NCBI RefSeq assembly: GCF_964194155.1 | Contig: NC_135916.1 | Coordinates: forward strand, 1,240,001-1,304,000 | Direction: 5' to 3' | DNA: 64,000 bases | From: Cetorhinus maximus | Taxonomy: Eukaryota | Shown here: one piece after another, positions 1 through 12,685 of the stretch | Numbering within the stretch: position 1 is the stretch's first letter | How the letters are laid out: each line of letters begins with the position of its first letter | The notes under the pieces: generated by a model | Database searches by the model: none | What the model saw: the letters and a program-made list of their open reading frames with translations, nothing else | Told to the model about the DNA's origin: nothing | Position numbers and translations under genes: made by a program

Positions 1-1691
1 TAAAAGGTGTGGCTATGGGTACCCGCATGGGCCCCAGCTATGCCTGTCTCTTTATGGGGTATGTGGAACATTCCTTGTTCCAGTCCTACTCCGGCCCCCT
101 CCCACAACTCTTTCTCCGGTACATCGATGATTACTTCGGTGCTGCTTCATGCTCTCGTCGGGACCTGGAAAAAATTATTAATTTTGCTTACAATCTCCAC
201 CCCTCCATCATCTTCACATGGTCCATCTCTGACACTTCTCTTCCCTTCCTTGACCTCTGTCTCAATTTCTGATGATAGACTGTCCACCAATATCCATTAC
301 AAGCCTACCGACTCCCACAGCTACCTCGACTACAGCTCCTCACACCCCGCTTCCTGTAAAGACTCCATCCCATTCTCTCAGTTCCTTCGCCTCCGTCGCA
401 TCTGTTCTGATGACGCTACCTTCAAAAACAGCTCCTCTGACATGTCCTCCTTCTTCCTTAACCGAGGTTTTCCATCCACAGTCGTTGACAGGGCCCTCAA
501 CCGTGTCTGGCCCATATCCCGCGCATCCTCCCTCACGCCTTCTCCTCCTTCCCAGAAACATGATAGGGTCCCCCTTGTCCTCACTTATCACCCCACCAGC
601 CTCCGCATTCAAAGGATCATCCTCCGCCATTTCCGCCAACTCCATCATGATGCCACCACCAAACACATCTTCCCTTCACCCCCCTTGACGGCATTCCATA
701 GGGATCGTTCCCTCCGGGACACCCTGGTCCACTCCTCCATCACCCCCTACTCCTCAACCCCCACTTATGGCACCTCCCCATGCCCACGCAGAAGATGCAA
801 CACCTGCCCCTTCACTTCCTCTCTCCTCACCGTCCAAGGGCCCAAACACTCCTTTCAAGTGAAGCAGCATTTCACTTGCATTTCCCCTAACTTAGTCTAC
901 TGCATTCGTTGCTCCCAATGCGGTCTCCTCTACATTGGAGAGACCAAACGCAAACTGGGCGACCGTTTTGCGGAACAACTGCGGTCTGTCCGCAAGAAAG
1001 ACCCAAACCTCCCTGTCGCTTGCCATTTCAACACTCCACCCTGTTCTCTTGCCAACATGTCTGTCCTTGGCTTGCTGCATTGTTCCAGTGAAGCCCAACG
1101 CAAACTGGAGGAACAGCACCTCATCTTCCGACTAGGCACTTTACAGCCCAATGGGCTGAATATTGAATTCAACAACTTTAGATCTTAAACTCCCCCTCCC
1201 CCCATCCCCACCCCGTTTCTTTTCCCCCCCCCACCCGCTTTTTTTTCAATAATTTATATAGATTCTTCTTTCCCCACCTATTTCCATTATTTTTAAATCT
1301 AAAACTAAAACCTTTAGTCTTTCCACCCCACCCCCACTAGAGCTGTACTTTGAATATCCTGTTTTCCATTCTTAATTAGCACTTTTCTCAGACAAAGACC
1401 ACCACCTTCAACACCTCTTTGATCCTTTTGTCTGTGACATCTTTTGATTATCTGCTCACACCACACCCTCAATGTGTCTCTTTCCCCCCCCCACCCCACC
1501 CACCTTAAACCAATTTATATTTCTCCCTTGTTGAAACTATGCTGCAGTTCTGCCGAAGGGCCATGAAGGCTCAAAACGTTAACTGATTTCTTCTCCGCCG
1601 ATGCTGCCATACTTGCTGAGTTTTTCCAGGTAATTCTGTTTTTGTTTTGGATTTCCAGCATCCGCAGTAGCTTTTAGCTTTTTGTTTTTAT
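1..1691 (+). mobile_element. Penelope-like retroelement (Neptune-type), 3' part: RT C-terminus, Cys-rich linker, GIY-YIG endonuclease and 3' pLTR-like tail; frameshifted
   Basis: RT motifs GVAMGTRMGPSYA and RYIDD in ORF 9..272. A frameshift near 254 moves into ORF 7..1188, which has YKPTD, CPRRRCNTC and VYCIRC...YIGETKR. Near-identical to 40847-42545 and followed by the TSD copy CAGTGAATCTATGT at 1692-1705. Confidence 0.92.
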
Positions 1692-2519
1692 CAGTGAATC
1701 TATGTGTTTGCTGTGACCAGGCAGAAGTTAATGTCTGGTCTTAAAAGTCACTGTTTAATATAATCAGTTTGAACCTCTCAGTCACTGAGTGTCAATTCGA
1801 ACATTTTGTGTCCAAAGTTTAAAGAGAGCTCCAGAGGTTATGGATCATTACATTTCGGATACTATTCACCTCACCCACTGGCATTACTTCTGTTTGTGTG
1901 ATAGAAATGTGTCTGCCTTTGGCCCAGTAATAGCTGGAGCTGAATCACGTCATCTCTCACCTCTGTGGGTCTGTCAGTTTTAAATTAGTTTTCCCTATCA
2001 GGTTCAGAATCTTCGGTGTTTCAAAAAGGAAACCTCTCAATCTTCTAAGTTCCAATGATTAAAAGTTCAACTTGTTTATGATTCCCTCATCAGCCCACAG
2101 CATCATTTCAGGAATCTAGTCAGGAAAATTCACTGAATAATTTCAATATAATTATATCCCTCTCTGGTTCTAAAAGATGTTTGGGACAAAATTATTAATT
2201 ATCATATTTTTATAATCTTTTGAAATAATTATAAAATGTATGCCTCTATCCGATGATAGATGCGAGGGCCACTCATTGCTATATTGACACGTGGTAGCAA
2301 TGGAGAGAGCGATTTCTCTGTTTCTCCCTCCCTTGCTCCTTTTATCTCCTTCACTCTTGCTCCCTCCCCCCCCCCCCTATCTCGCGACTTCTGTTACTAA
2401 TGTTAATGATAGGTCAATATACACTGGCAATGTGAACACTCGCCCCGTGTTATGAGTCAGAATGTTACTGTTCCTTCTCCTCTCGGAAATTCAGGCCTGA
2501 CATTTGATCTGATTACTAA

Positions 2520-2670
2520 ATTGATTTCAGGTGAAGAAGAGTCAGACTGACTCGAAAAGTTAACTCTGTCTTCCTCTCCACAGAGGCTCTCAGACCTGCT
2601 GAGTTTTTCCAGCTATTTTTGTTTTTGTTTCAGATTTCCAACACCCGCACTATTTTACTTTTATTTCATC
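2520..2670 (+). mobile_element. Short Penelope-tail/SINE-like fragment
   Basis: GAAGAAGAGTC...GACTCGAAAAGTTAAC...GACCTGCTGAGTTTTTCCAG resembles the Penelope 3' tail at 1550-1670. Absent from the paralogous position near 21755. Confidence 0.7.
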
Positions 2671-2944
2671 GGATCATCTCCAAACAAAAATCAAAACAAA
2701 CTCTGAAAACACCTTTCATTTTCAGGAACGTGACTATGCACGTCTTTGTGTTCATATATAACTGGCCAGCTCTGGTTGTTGAGGTTGGGGTACATTGCAA
2801 ACTGTGAAATTGTGACCTGTCAGTTCAGGAGGAGCAACATAAACAGGGAAGTCTGGAGGGACCAGTTGCAGTAAATTTGTATTGTCACCAGAAATAAACA
2901 TCTTGATGTGAGCTTTTCAGATAATAGCGTGAAATGACATATCA

Positions 2945-3805
2945 CAGAATCACACAAAGTGCAGAAGAGGCCCTTCGGCCCATCGAGTCTGCACTGACAC
3001 GTGAGAAACATCTGACCTACCTACTTAATCACATTTACCAGCACATAGCCCATAGGCCTGAATGTTATGACTTGCCAAGTGCTCATCCAGGCACTTTTAA
3101 AAGGATGTGAGGCAACCCGCCACGACCACCCTCCAAGGCAGTGCATTCCAGACCCTCACCACCCTCTGGGTTAAAAAAGTTATTCCTCACAGTCGCCATG
3201 AACCTCCTGCCCCTCACCTTGAACTTATACCCCCTTGTGACTGACCCTTCAACTAAGGGGAACACCTGCTCCCTATCCATACTGTCTATGTCCCTAATAA
3301 TCTTGTACACCTCGATCAGGTCGCCCATCAGCCCTCTCTGCTCCAACGTAAACAACACAAGAGAATCCAACCTCTTTTCATAATCTAAATGTTTCATACC
3401 AGGCCACATCCTGGTGAATCTCCTCTGCACCACCTCCAGTGCAATCACATCCTTCATATAATGTGGCCACCAGATTGTACTCCAGCTGTAGCCTCACCAA
3501 GGCTCTATACAACTCCAACATGACCTCCCTACTTTTGTAATCTATGCCTCGATTGATTAAGGCAAGTGTCTCATGTGCCTTTCCCCCACCCCACTAACAT
3601 GTCCCTCCACCTTCAGAGATCTAGGGACACACACGCCAAGGTCCCTTTGTTCCTCAGATCTTCCTAGTGTCATGCCGTTCATTGAATACTTCCTTGTCAA
3701 ATTACTCCTTCCATAGTGTATCACCTCACAGTTTTCAGGGTAAAACTCCATCTGCCACTTATCTGCCAGTTGACCATCCCGTCTATATCTTCCTGTAGCC
3801 CAACC
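2945..3805 (-). mobile_element. CR1 LINE 3' fragment, degenerate
   Basis: Minus-strand ORFs 3083..3457 (KDVIALEVVQRRFTRM...GDLIEVYKII) and 3557..3808 (ADKWQMEF...DLGV) match the CR1 ORF2 C-terminus. Short-repeat tail at about 2945. Confidence 0.9.
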
Positions 3806-4056
3806 CACTCAACCTCGCCGTTAAACACCAATTTGCGAATGAGACCATCTACGGCTCCCATGCCTCAGAGAGCTAAACGTTCGCTGAGTTTACAATCGAC
3901 AATATTCTTCATAGAAAAGGGCGCAAAGTACGAAAAAGAGGAGGAATTCACGCCTGAGAGATTCACATTATTGACCGTTGTTGCCTGTAAACATGTACAT
4001 CTGAACATTGTGTAAGAGAGTGTTGGAACTGGGCGGGCGAGTCAGAGGAATTAAAC

Positions 4057-4472
4057 TGTGTTTGTGTGTCCGTTCTGATCATGAGATTTCCGAGTTCTGC
4101 TTGCCTAAACTCAAAATATTTTATATTCAAAAGTTCCCTCTTTTCCCCAGCTTGACGTCAAAGTGAGATTTAAAGACAATTTCTTTGTTGTTATCTAGAT
4201 TTCAGTCGATAAGTAGAGGACATGTCAGAGATCGGGTGAAGGAGCCGCAGTAAATCCGGTTTTAATCGAAATTCGAGTCTTCAGTTCGCGTCAAATCTTT
4301 TCAACAGCGAACATTACAATGTCAGAGATAAGAAGGATTCAGTCTGGGACACTGGAGAGCTGGAATTTCCATGGAATTGGGGAGTTTGTGAGGAGAGAAA
4401 AACACAGAGAGGCAGCAGCAGCCTGGAGCTGACAGCAGCCTGTCTCCGCCCCGTCCGCTCGCTGCCTTTAAG
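4057..4472 (+). promoter_or_regulatory. Histone H1 promoter (TG box, H1/AC box, GC box, weak TATA)
   Basis: TGTGTTT 4057-4063, AAACACA 4400-4406, CTCCGCCCC near 4445, TTTAAG near 4467. No CCAAT box seen. Same layout at 26261/26604 and 44905/45248. Confidence 0.7.
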
Positions 4473-4552
4473 TTGCTCAGTGCCGCCACCAGCGGCTTCA
4501 TTTTTGAGCCCGTTCAGATCGACAGAGACACTTTTGTGCAGAGTCCCGGAAC

Positions 4553-5209
4553 ATGACCGATACTGCAGCCGCCGAAACGGCTCCTCCAGCCACTCCCGCC
4601 GCCCAAGTCAAGACTCCCAAGAAGAAGAAGAAGGCGGCTCCCCGGAGCGGTGCAGCCGGTCCCAAGCTGGGCGAGCAGATCCTCAAGGTTGTGGCGGATT
4701 GCAGCGATCGCAAGGGGATGTCGCTGCCCGCGATCAAGAAGGCGCTGCGCGGCAAAGGGCTGGATGTTGAGAAACTCGGCTCCCAGATCAAGCAAAGCAT
4801 CAAGAGGAATGTGAAGAATGGCTTCCTGGTTCAGGTCAAGGGCACGGGCGCCTCGGGCTCCTTCAAAGTCCCTAAGAACACAACCCCGGGGAAAGTGGGA
4901 AAGAAGGCGAAGGCAGCAGCTGGCAAGAAATCTCCAGTGAAGAAAGCGGCAGCCAAGAAGGTGACAGCAAAGAAAGCAGCGGCCAAGAAGACTCCAGTCA
5001 AGAAAGCAACGGCCAAGAAGACTCCAGTCAAGAAAGCAGCGGCCAAGAAATCCCCAGCGAAGAAAGCAGCGGCCAAGAAACCAGCCAAGAAGGCGGCAAC
5101 TCCCAAAAAGCCGGTGAAAAAAGCAGCCCCCAAGAAAAAGTCTCCGGCCAAGAAGGTGACGGGCGTCAAAAAAGTGGTGATCGGGAGGGCCAAGCCCAAA
5201 ACGAGATAA
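4553..5209 (+). CDS. H1: Histone H1 (replication-dependent), 218 aa
   Basis: Winged-helix globular domain ending KGTGASGSFK, K/A/P-rich tail with S/TPxK motifs, intronless, followed by a stem-loop. Confidence 0.97.
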   Translation: MTDTAAAETAPPATPAAQVKTPKKKKKAAPRSGAAGPKLGEQILKVVADCSDRKGMSLPAIKKALRGKGLDVEKLGSQIKQSIKRNVKNGFLVQVKGTGASGSFKVPKNTTPGKVGKKAKAAAGKKSPVKKAAAKKVTAKKAAAKKTPVKKATAKKTPVKKAAAKKSPAKKAAAKKPAKKAATPKKPVKKAAPKKKSPAKKVTGVKKVVIGRAKPKTR

Positions 5210-5266
5210 GCAAAGACAGGAAAGAAGGGAAAGATCCCGAGCAAATTGTAAACCTCTAAACCCAAA

Positions 5267-5307
5267 GGCTCTTTTCAGAGCCACCCACATTTCACATGAA
5301 AGAGCTG
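5267..5307 (+). terminator. Histone 3' stem-loop and U7 HDE (H1)
   Basis: CCAAA-GGCTCT TTTC AGAGCC-ACCCA (stem-loop 5267-5282), then GAAAGAGCTG. Confidence 0.96.
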
Positions 5308-5729
5308 ATCCCCTGATCATTTGATCCCTGTCTCCGCGCTGGGAGCTGATTTCAGATGGAAATGTTTCTTTATCCTCCCATGTAAATCCAATTTTCCCGC
5401 TCACTCACTGACACACTCTCCACCCATCCCCTCCCGCACTGTGCAATAAGACACAGGGATATCCTTACAGCTCCCTAAACGGGATGTGTCTGAGTGCATT
5501 CAATGTTTGTCTTCGTTCCTTTATTCACATTTTCAGGGTCTGCAATGGAGTGATAATGGAGTAAAACCCCGTCTCACAACTAATAACCATACCTTTATAT
5601 TTTCTCCAATTCTGTTGGATGAGGTGTCAAGCGAATTTCCCAATCCCATTTGGGGGTGTGGAAGGAAGGGTGAGGCTTGAGTCTAGAGATTTGTGTGTAT
5701 AGTATATTACAAGGATTGAAATAGAAGCA

Positions 5730-6160
5730 ATAACAAAAACAAAAATACCTGGAAAAACTCAGCAGGTCTGACAGCATGGGCGGAGAGGAACACAGTTTAC
5801 GTTTCGAGTCCTCATGACCCTTCAACAGAACTAAGTAAAAGTAGAAAAGGGGTGAAATATAAGCTGGTTTAAGGGAGGGGGGTGGGACAAGAAGAGTTAG
5901 GTAGAGGGCCAGTGATACGTGGAGATAACCAAATGATGTCCCAGACAACAGGACAAAGAGGTGTTGAAGGTGGTGATATTATCTAAAGGAATGTGCTAAT
6001 TAAGGGTAGAAAGCAGGACAAGCAAGGTGCAGATAGCCCTAGTGGGGGTGGGGGTGGAGTGAACGAATCGAAACAGGCTAAAAAGTAGAGATAAAACAAT
6101 GGATATAAATACATTTAAGAATATTGGAAATATGTGGGGAAAGAAAAATCTATATACATT
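5730..6160 (-). mobile_element. Penelope 3'-end (pLTR-like) fragment upstream of H4
   Basis: The reverse complement is homologous to 1250-1650. It replaces roughly 150 bp that is present at the equivalent site near 9138-9285. Confidence 0.85.
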
Positions 6161-6280
6161 ATTGGATAAATAAATGCGTTTATGGCAGGCAGGAGGTGGA
6201 GCTGGTTTACCAAAGACGTTAGTTGTGTCTGTCACTCAGTCTCTCCCGCCCCGCCTCTCTCTATCTCTCTCTCCCTTCCT

Positions 6281-6308
6281 CAGTCAGGTCGGGGCGGGCT
6301 GTATAAAA
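6281..6308 (+). promoter_or_regulatory. H4 promoter: site II-like element, GC box and TATA
   Basis: (T)CAGTCAGGTCGGGGCGGG followed by TATAAAA at 6302-6308. Equivalent elements occur before each H4 gene. Confidence 0.75.
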
Positions 6309-6355
6309 GCGGAACGTGAAGCCGCTCCCCACTCATTCAGCAGCGATTTGACTGA

Positions 6356-6676
<321 letters not shown>

Positions 6677-6709
6677 ACAAATCGACCCGACTCTCTAACA
6701 AAACCCAAA

Positions 6710-6725
6710 GGCTCTTCTAAGAGCC
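6710..6725 (+). terminator. Histone 3' stem-loop (H4)
   Basis: GGCTCT TCTA AGAGCC, followed by GCCCA and TTGAGAGCAG. Confidence 0.93.
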
Positions 6726-7779
6726 GCCCACAACCTCACATTGAGAGCAGTGACTTCTGAAGGGGGAGAGGGGAAAACAAATCTTTGTATTTTCTTATTA
6801 AGAGGCACTGCTTTGCCACCAATGCATCCTCTTTTCACAATACCATCGTGAGTCCCAAAAATACCTTGGTTTAATTTAGATCCGTTTTAACGAATTACCG
6901 TCCTTTCTACCCGAGGACCACGGCTCTACCCAATGTAATGTCGAATTTCATCAGGAGTAACTATTCTTAAACCTTTTATTCCCCCATCGACGCTCTAATT
7001 TTATTTTTTTTCCCCATCGGTTTCTGTTCCTGGGTCTTTGACGCATGACAGGACCTGGGAGGTACTAGCTTTATGTGGATCAGCCTGTATCGATTCAGCA
7101 TGTCTGAACAGAGCTTTATCCTGGCCTGCCTCTGAACAATCAGATAAAGAATCCGAATTCAAGACGGGTTATAAGGCAGACATTGACTGTCTCTTGCTGC
7201 CGATTATATTCAGAGCATATTTTACAGCCGGCGTGAATCAGACCAATATCGATTTACAGACTTGAAAAGTAAAACTACCCTTAATCACCTCTATTCTGCA
7301 ACACGGGCCGAACAGAAGGTTTGAACAGATAGATGTTTGATGGCCGCCCAGGACACGATGGACTTTTTCTATGTTGTACAACTTTATTACTCTATCAGAA
7401 GGGAAAACTCTGCTTTTGGCGCTCGGTTTGGACTATACTAAACATGCATTTCTGAATAATTGTGGAAGAGAGTTTGAATGAAAGTGGGGTATTGGATAAA
7501 TCCATTAAATTGAGGTCCGCCGGGCAACGGCACATGGTTGTGATGTACAGTCAAAGGCCAAATGTTATTCAAACCCAACAAATAATGAAGCCGGAATGAG
7601 AGAAGGATCCAATTTCCGCCAGCTCATTTCAGCTAATCCAATAATTAGAACATCAAAGTTCAACAATTTAAATTTCGACAGATACACGGTTTACATAAAC
7701 GGTCTGCAAGCCCCCCTCCCCCATAAAGACCCCACCGCGCACCCATTCACCAGCAGAAACAGGAACCATACCATTTTCT

Positions 7780-8166
7780 CTTAAACATCTATAACGCGTT
7801 GACATGAATAAACCGAGTCGGTTGATGAGGTTTCTGTGTGAGTGCCAAAATTTCCCCCATCAATAGGAGTTTTATTCCAGCCTGTTGCAAACCGATCAGG
7901 GAATGAATTAGAATTTAATCCGAGTTCCAAAGCAGGAAGTCGGAGCTGGGACCGAAATGGGACTTGCAAACATTGAGATATTATGATATTTCTACTTTGA
8001 GATTTATTTTATCTGCCTTCAAACTAGGTTTATTTCAATGTCAGTTACTCGTCACTCTGAAATTGGCGGGCATTTTGAAATTGATGAACTGTCAGTTGCT
8101 GCTCCACCAATCAGGGCCCAGGAATCCATGCAGCCCGCTGCTCTTTTCAAATTTCTCGGCGGGATT
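7780..8166 (+). pseudogene. Truncated H3 upstream/promoter region with no H3 CDS
   Basis: Homologous to 10630-11017 (includes the GGCGG-N4-TTTGAA element and distal CCAAT). It breaks at GGGATT, before the proximal CCAAT and TATA. Confidence 0.85.
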
Positions 8167-8176
8167 CCTTCTTATA

Positions 8177-8639
8177 AATCCTTCTTATCTCTAACACTGT
8201 AATGTTCGCTGTCGAAAATATTTCACGCGAATTGAAGACTCCCATTTCGATTTAAACCTGATTTACTGCGGCTCCTTCACCCGATCTCTGACATCTCCTC
8301 TACTCTTAGACTGAAATATCGAGAACAACAAAGAAATTGTCTTGAAATCTCACTTTGGGGTTAAGCTGGGGAGCAGGGGGTGTATTCCTTTGGAAAATAT
8401 TTTTATCTTACCCAAGCGGGGCTCGGAAATTTCCTGATCAGAGCGGACACACAAACACAGTTTCATTCCTCTGACTCGCCCGCCCACTTCAAACACTCTC
8501 TTACACAAAGTTCACATTTAGAGGTTCATTGGCAACAAGATGAACAATTGTGAATGTCTCGGTAGAGATTTCCTTCTCTTTTCGATCTTTGCTCCGGTTT
8601 CTATTTATTTGCTAACATTAAACACTCTGAGGCATTGGA
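8177..8639 (-). repeat. Inverted copy of the B-type H1 upstream region
   Basis: The reverse complement aligns to about 26062-26543, with a short internal deletion between GCT repeats near 8613. Confidence 0.9.
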
Positions 8640-8640
8640 T

Positions 8641-8725
8641 GAAGGGAAAGATCCCGAGCAAATTGTAAACCTCTAAACTCAAAGGTTCTTCTCAGAGCCA
8701 CCCACATTTCACATGAAAGAATTGA
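8641..8725 (+). pseudogene. Orphan H1 3' UTR with altered stem-loop; H1 CDS absent
   Basis: GAAGGGAAAGATCCCGAGCAAATTG matches the H1 3' UTR. Stem-loop GGTTCT TCTC AGAGCC at 8684-8699; HDE changed to GAAAGAATTG. Confidence 0.9.
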
Positions 8726-9470
8726 TGCCCTGATTATTTGATCCGTGTCTCGGAGCTGGGAGCTGATTTCAGATGGAAATGTTTCGTTTTCCTCCCACGT
8801 AAATCCTATTTTCCCGCTCACTCACTGACACACTCTCCACCCGTCCCCTCCCGCACTGTGCAATAAGACACAGGGATATCCGTACAGCTCCCTAACCGGG
8901 ATGTGTCCCAGTGCATTCAAAGTTTATCTTTTCTTTATTCACATTTTCAGGGTGAGAGTCTGCAATGGAGTAAAACCCCGCCTCACAACTAATACCCATA
9001 CCAGTATATTTTATCTTATTTTGTTGGATGAGGTGTCAGCGAATTTCTCAATCCCTTTTGGCGGTGTGGAGGGAAGGGTGAGGCGTGAGTCTAGAGATGT
9101 GTGAGTATAGAATTTTACAAGGATTGAAATAGAAGCAGGCATCTGACTCTTTATAGAAAGTGTAGTATTGAGGGGGGAATATTGCTGACAGTATTGATTT
9201 TAATACGATTTTCTAAATAGCTGGTTTATGATGTTGGCGTGTTTAAGTTACTTTAACAGCTTTCTGTTCAGCTCTCTTCAAAATTTGATAAATAAATGCG
9301 TTTTTGGCAGGCAGGAGGAGGAGCTGGTTTACCAAAGACGTTAGTTGTGTCTGTCACTCGGTCTCTTCGCCCCGCCTCTCTCTCTCTCCCTTCCTCAGTC
9401 AGGTCGGGGCGGGCTGTATAAAAGCGGAACGTGAAGCAGCTCCCCACTCATTCAGCAGCGATTTGACTGA

Positions 9471-9791
<321 letters not shown>

Positions 9792-9824
9792 ACAAATCGA
9801 CCCGACTCTATAACAAAACCCAAA

Positions 9825-9840
9825 GGCTCTTCTAAGAGCC
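9825..9840 (+). terminator. Histone 3' stem-loop (H4)
   Basis: GGCTCT TCTA AGAGCC. Confidence 0.93.
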
Positions 9841-10915
9841 GCCCACAACCTCACATTGAGAGCAGTGACCTCAGAGCAGGAGAGGAAAAGCGATATGTAG
9901 TTTTATATAAACACAGCGTTTCCATCTGCGCATTCTCCATTAACAATATAATCGTGAGTCACACAAAATTCATGGTTTAATTTAGTTCGGTTTTCAGGAA
10001 TTCGCTTCCTTTATACTTGCCGCATCTCGATTCAAAGCTTGACTGAGGAACACGACAGCTCCCAAACTAACACCGAGTTCACAAGATAAAGGCCATCATT
10101 TATTACACTTTAATCAGGAGTAACTATTTTGAGACATATCATTCTCGCTTCTTCGCCCCATTATCACCCTGTCTTCTTTCTTCGCCATCTGTTCCTGGGT
10201 CGTTGAGACATGACAGGGTCTGGGAGGTACCAGTATACCAGCTTTAAATGGATCAGCCTGTATCCATGCTGCATGTTGTCTGGTTCCGGGGAGCACTGAA
10301 CAGATTTATTCTGGCCTGTATCAGGGCGATCAATGAAATAACCCAAATTTAAACGGGAATGTAAGGCGAATATTGAGAGGCTGATTGAAAAATCTGACTA
10401 CACTTAATCACCTCGATTCTGCAACCCAGGACGGACTGAAGGGTGATGTGGAAGATCTGATTTTGGTGCATGGTTTGCACTGCGAAGATGCATTTACGCA
10501 CATTGTGGAAGATAGTTCAAATATGTAAACTTAGATATTAACTTGATTTACAGAAAGGGTGCGCAATCCGCCCACCCACATCGCCTCCCCCAGCCATAAA
10601 ACACTAGAAACAAGAGCCAAGCCATTCTCTCTATAACATCTATAGGGCTTTGACATGAATAAACCGATAAGGTTGATCAGTTTTATATGTGAGACCCAAA
10701 ATTCCGCCCATCAATAGGAGTTTTATTCCAGCCTGCTGTAAACCGATCAGGGAATGAATGAGAATTTAATCCACGTTCAAAAGCCGGAAGTCGGAGCTGG
10801 GACCGAAATGGGGCTCGCAAACATTGAGACCTTGTGATATTTGTCCATTCAGATTGATTTTATCTGCCTTCAAACTAGGTTTATTTTAATTTCAGTTTCT
10901 CGTCCCTCTGAAATT

Positions 10916-11067
10916 GGCGGGCATTTTGAAATTGATGAACTGTCAGTTTCTGCTCCACCAATCAGGGCCCAGGAATCCATGCAGCCCGCTGCTCTTTTCA
11001 AATTTCTGGGCGGGATTGCGCTGCATCCAATCAGGACAGGAGGGAGGTGACGGAGATGTCTTAAATA
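10916..11067 (+). promoter_or_regulatory. H3 promoter: CDE/E2F-CHR tandem, two CCAAT boxes, TATA-like
   Basis: GGCGG-GCAT-TTTGAA 10916-10930; CCAAT 10958-10962 and 11027-11031; TTAAATA 11061-11067. Confidence 0.75.
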
Positions 11068-11068
11068 G

Positions 11069-11536
<468 letters not shown>

Positions 11537-11578
11537 ACTCACCCTACCCGACTCAAGACTTACACCGAGAACCACAAA

Positions 11579-11620
11579 GGCTCTTTTAAGAGCCAACAAG
11601 TCGGTCAGAGAAAGAGCTGC
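11579..11620 (+). terminator. Histone 3' stem-loop and HDE (H3)
   Basis: GGCTCT TTTA AGAGCC 11579-11594, then GAAAGAGCTG. Confidence 0.95.
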
Positions 11621-12000
11621 GATCCCTTGTTAAAAACTCCAGCACCTAAAACCCTCAAACCTACAATTTATTTTCTTTCCTTCTGTTTACCCGTTTCCCT
11701 CCCTCTGATGCATTTGGGGTTATGAGGTGATTCCGTTTATATTTGTTTGTAATTTTACATCATTTAATTGGAAATGGGATGATTTAATTATTCAAGAACG
11801 TTTCCCTGAACATTGTCAATTGGTCATATATAGATGCAGCACAGACTCCTCATGTCTGGAAAAGGCAACAGCACCAGCGTCTCGTTGTAAGCAGCGCTTT
11901 CACAGATCGCATTAGAAATATAATGTCATTCCGAATCGATAGGGATGTTATCGCACATGCGGATAGACAACAGGTCGCCCCTTTCACTGATTAAGTGAGT

Positions 12001-12016
12001 GGCTCTGAAAAGAGCC
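12001..12016 (-). terminator. Histone 3' stem-loop (H2A)
   Basis: Minus strand reads CCAAA-GGCTCT TTTC AGAGCC-ACTCA, then GAAAGGGGC. Confidence 0.95.
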
Positions 12017-12046
12017 TTTGGGTTCTCAGTTTAAAGAATGGTCGCT

Positions 12047-12490
<444 letters not shown>

Positions 12491-12494
12491 TCAG

Positions 12495-12685
12495 TTCTCT
12501 TATACCCTCAGGAGGAATGGTGGTGCGCTCAGAGCTGATTGGGCAATTATATTATAGCTCATAATATTCTTCATGTTACCAATTAGATTTCTGCCTGACT
12601 CACCAATGCGGGCAAGCAACGTATGAAGTCGGAAGTTAAGGGCGCCAAATCATCAGTTAAACAAACGATTATATATTTCAAACTG
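12495..12685. promoter_or_regulatory. H2A promoter region, possibly bidirectional
   Basis: Minus-strand TATAAG near 12501; ATTGG/CCAAT near 12538, 12579 and 12603; CGGAAGT near 12630; E2F site GGCGCCAAA 12641-12649; TTATATATTT near 12669. Confidence 0.7.

Noticed and set aside
7-254. N-terminal part of the 393-aa ORF
   Set aside because: Wrong frame. The RT motifs are in ORF 9..272 until the frameshift near 254.
4514-5404. Long antisense ORFs over H1 (296 aa; 319 aa at 26718..27677; 144-aa ORFs) and over H3, H4 and H2A
   Set aside because: Shadow frames caused by GC-rich, Lys/Ala-repetitive histone codons. They have non-ATG or variable starts and no independent signals.
11852-11890. Mini-ORF MSGKGNSTSVSL resembling a histone N-terminus behind TATATAG
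   Set aside because: Similarity is limited to about five codons, there is no stem-loop, and it is not seen in subunit B. Could be chance.
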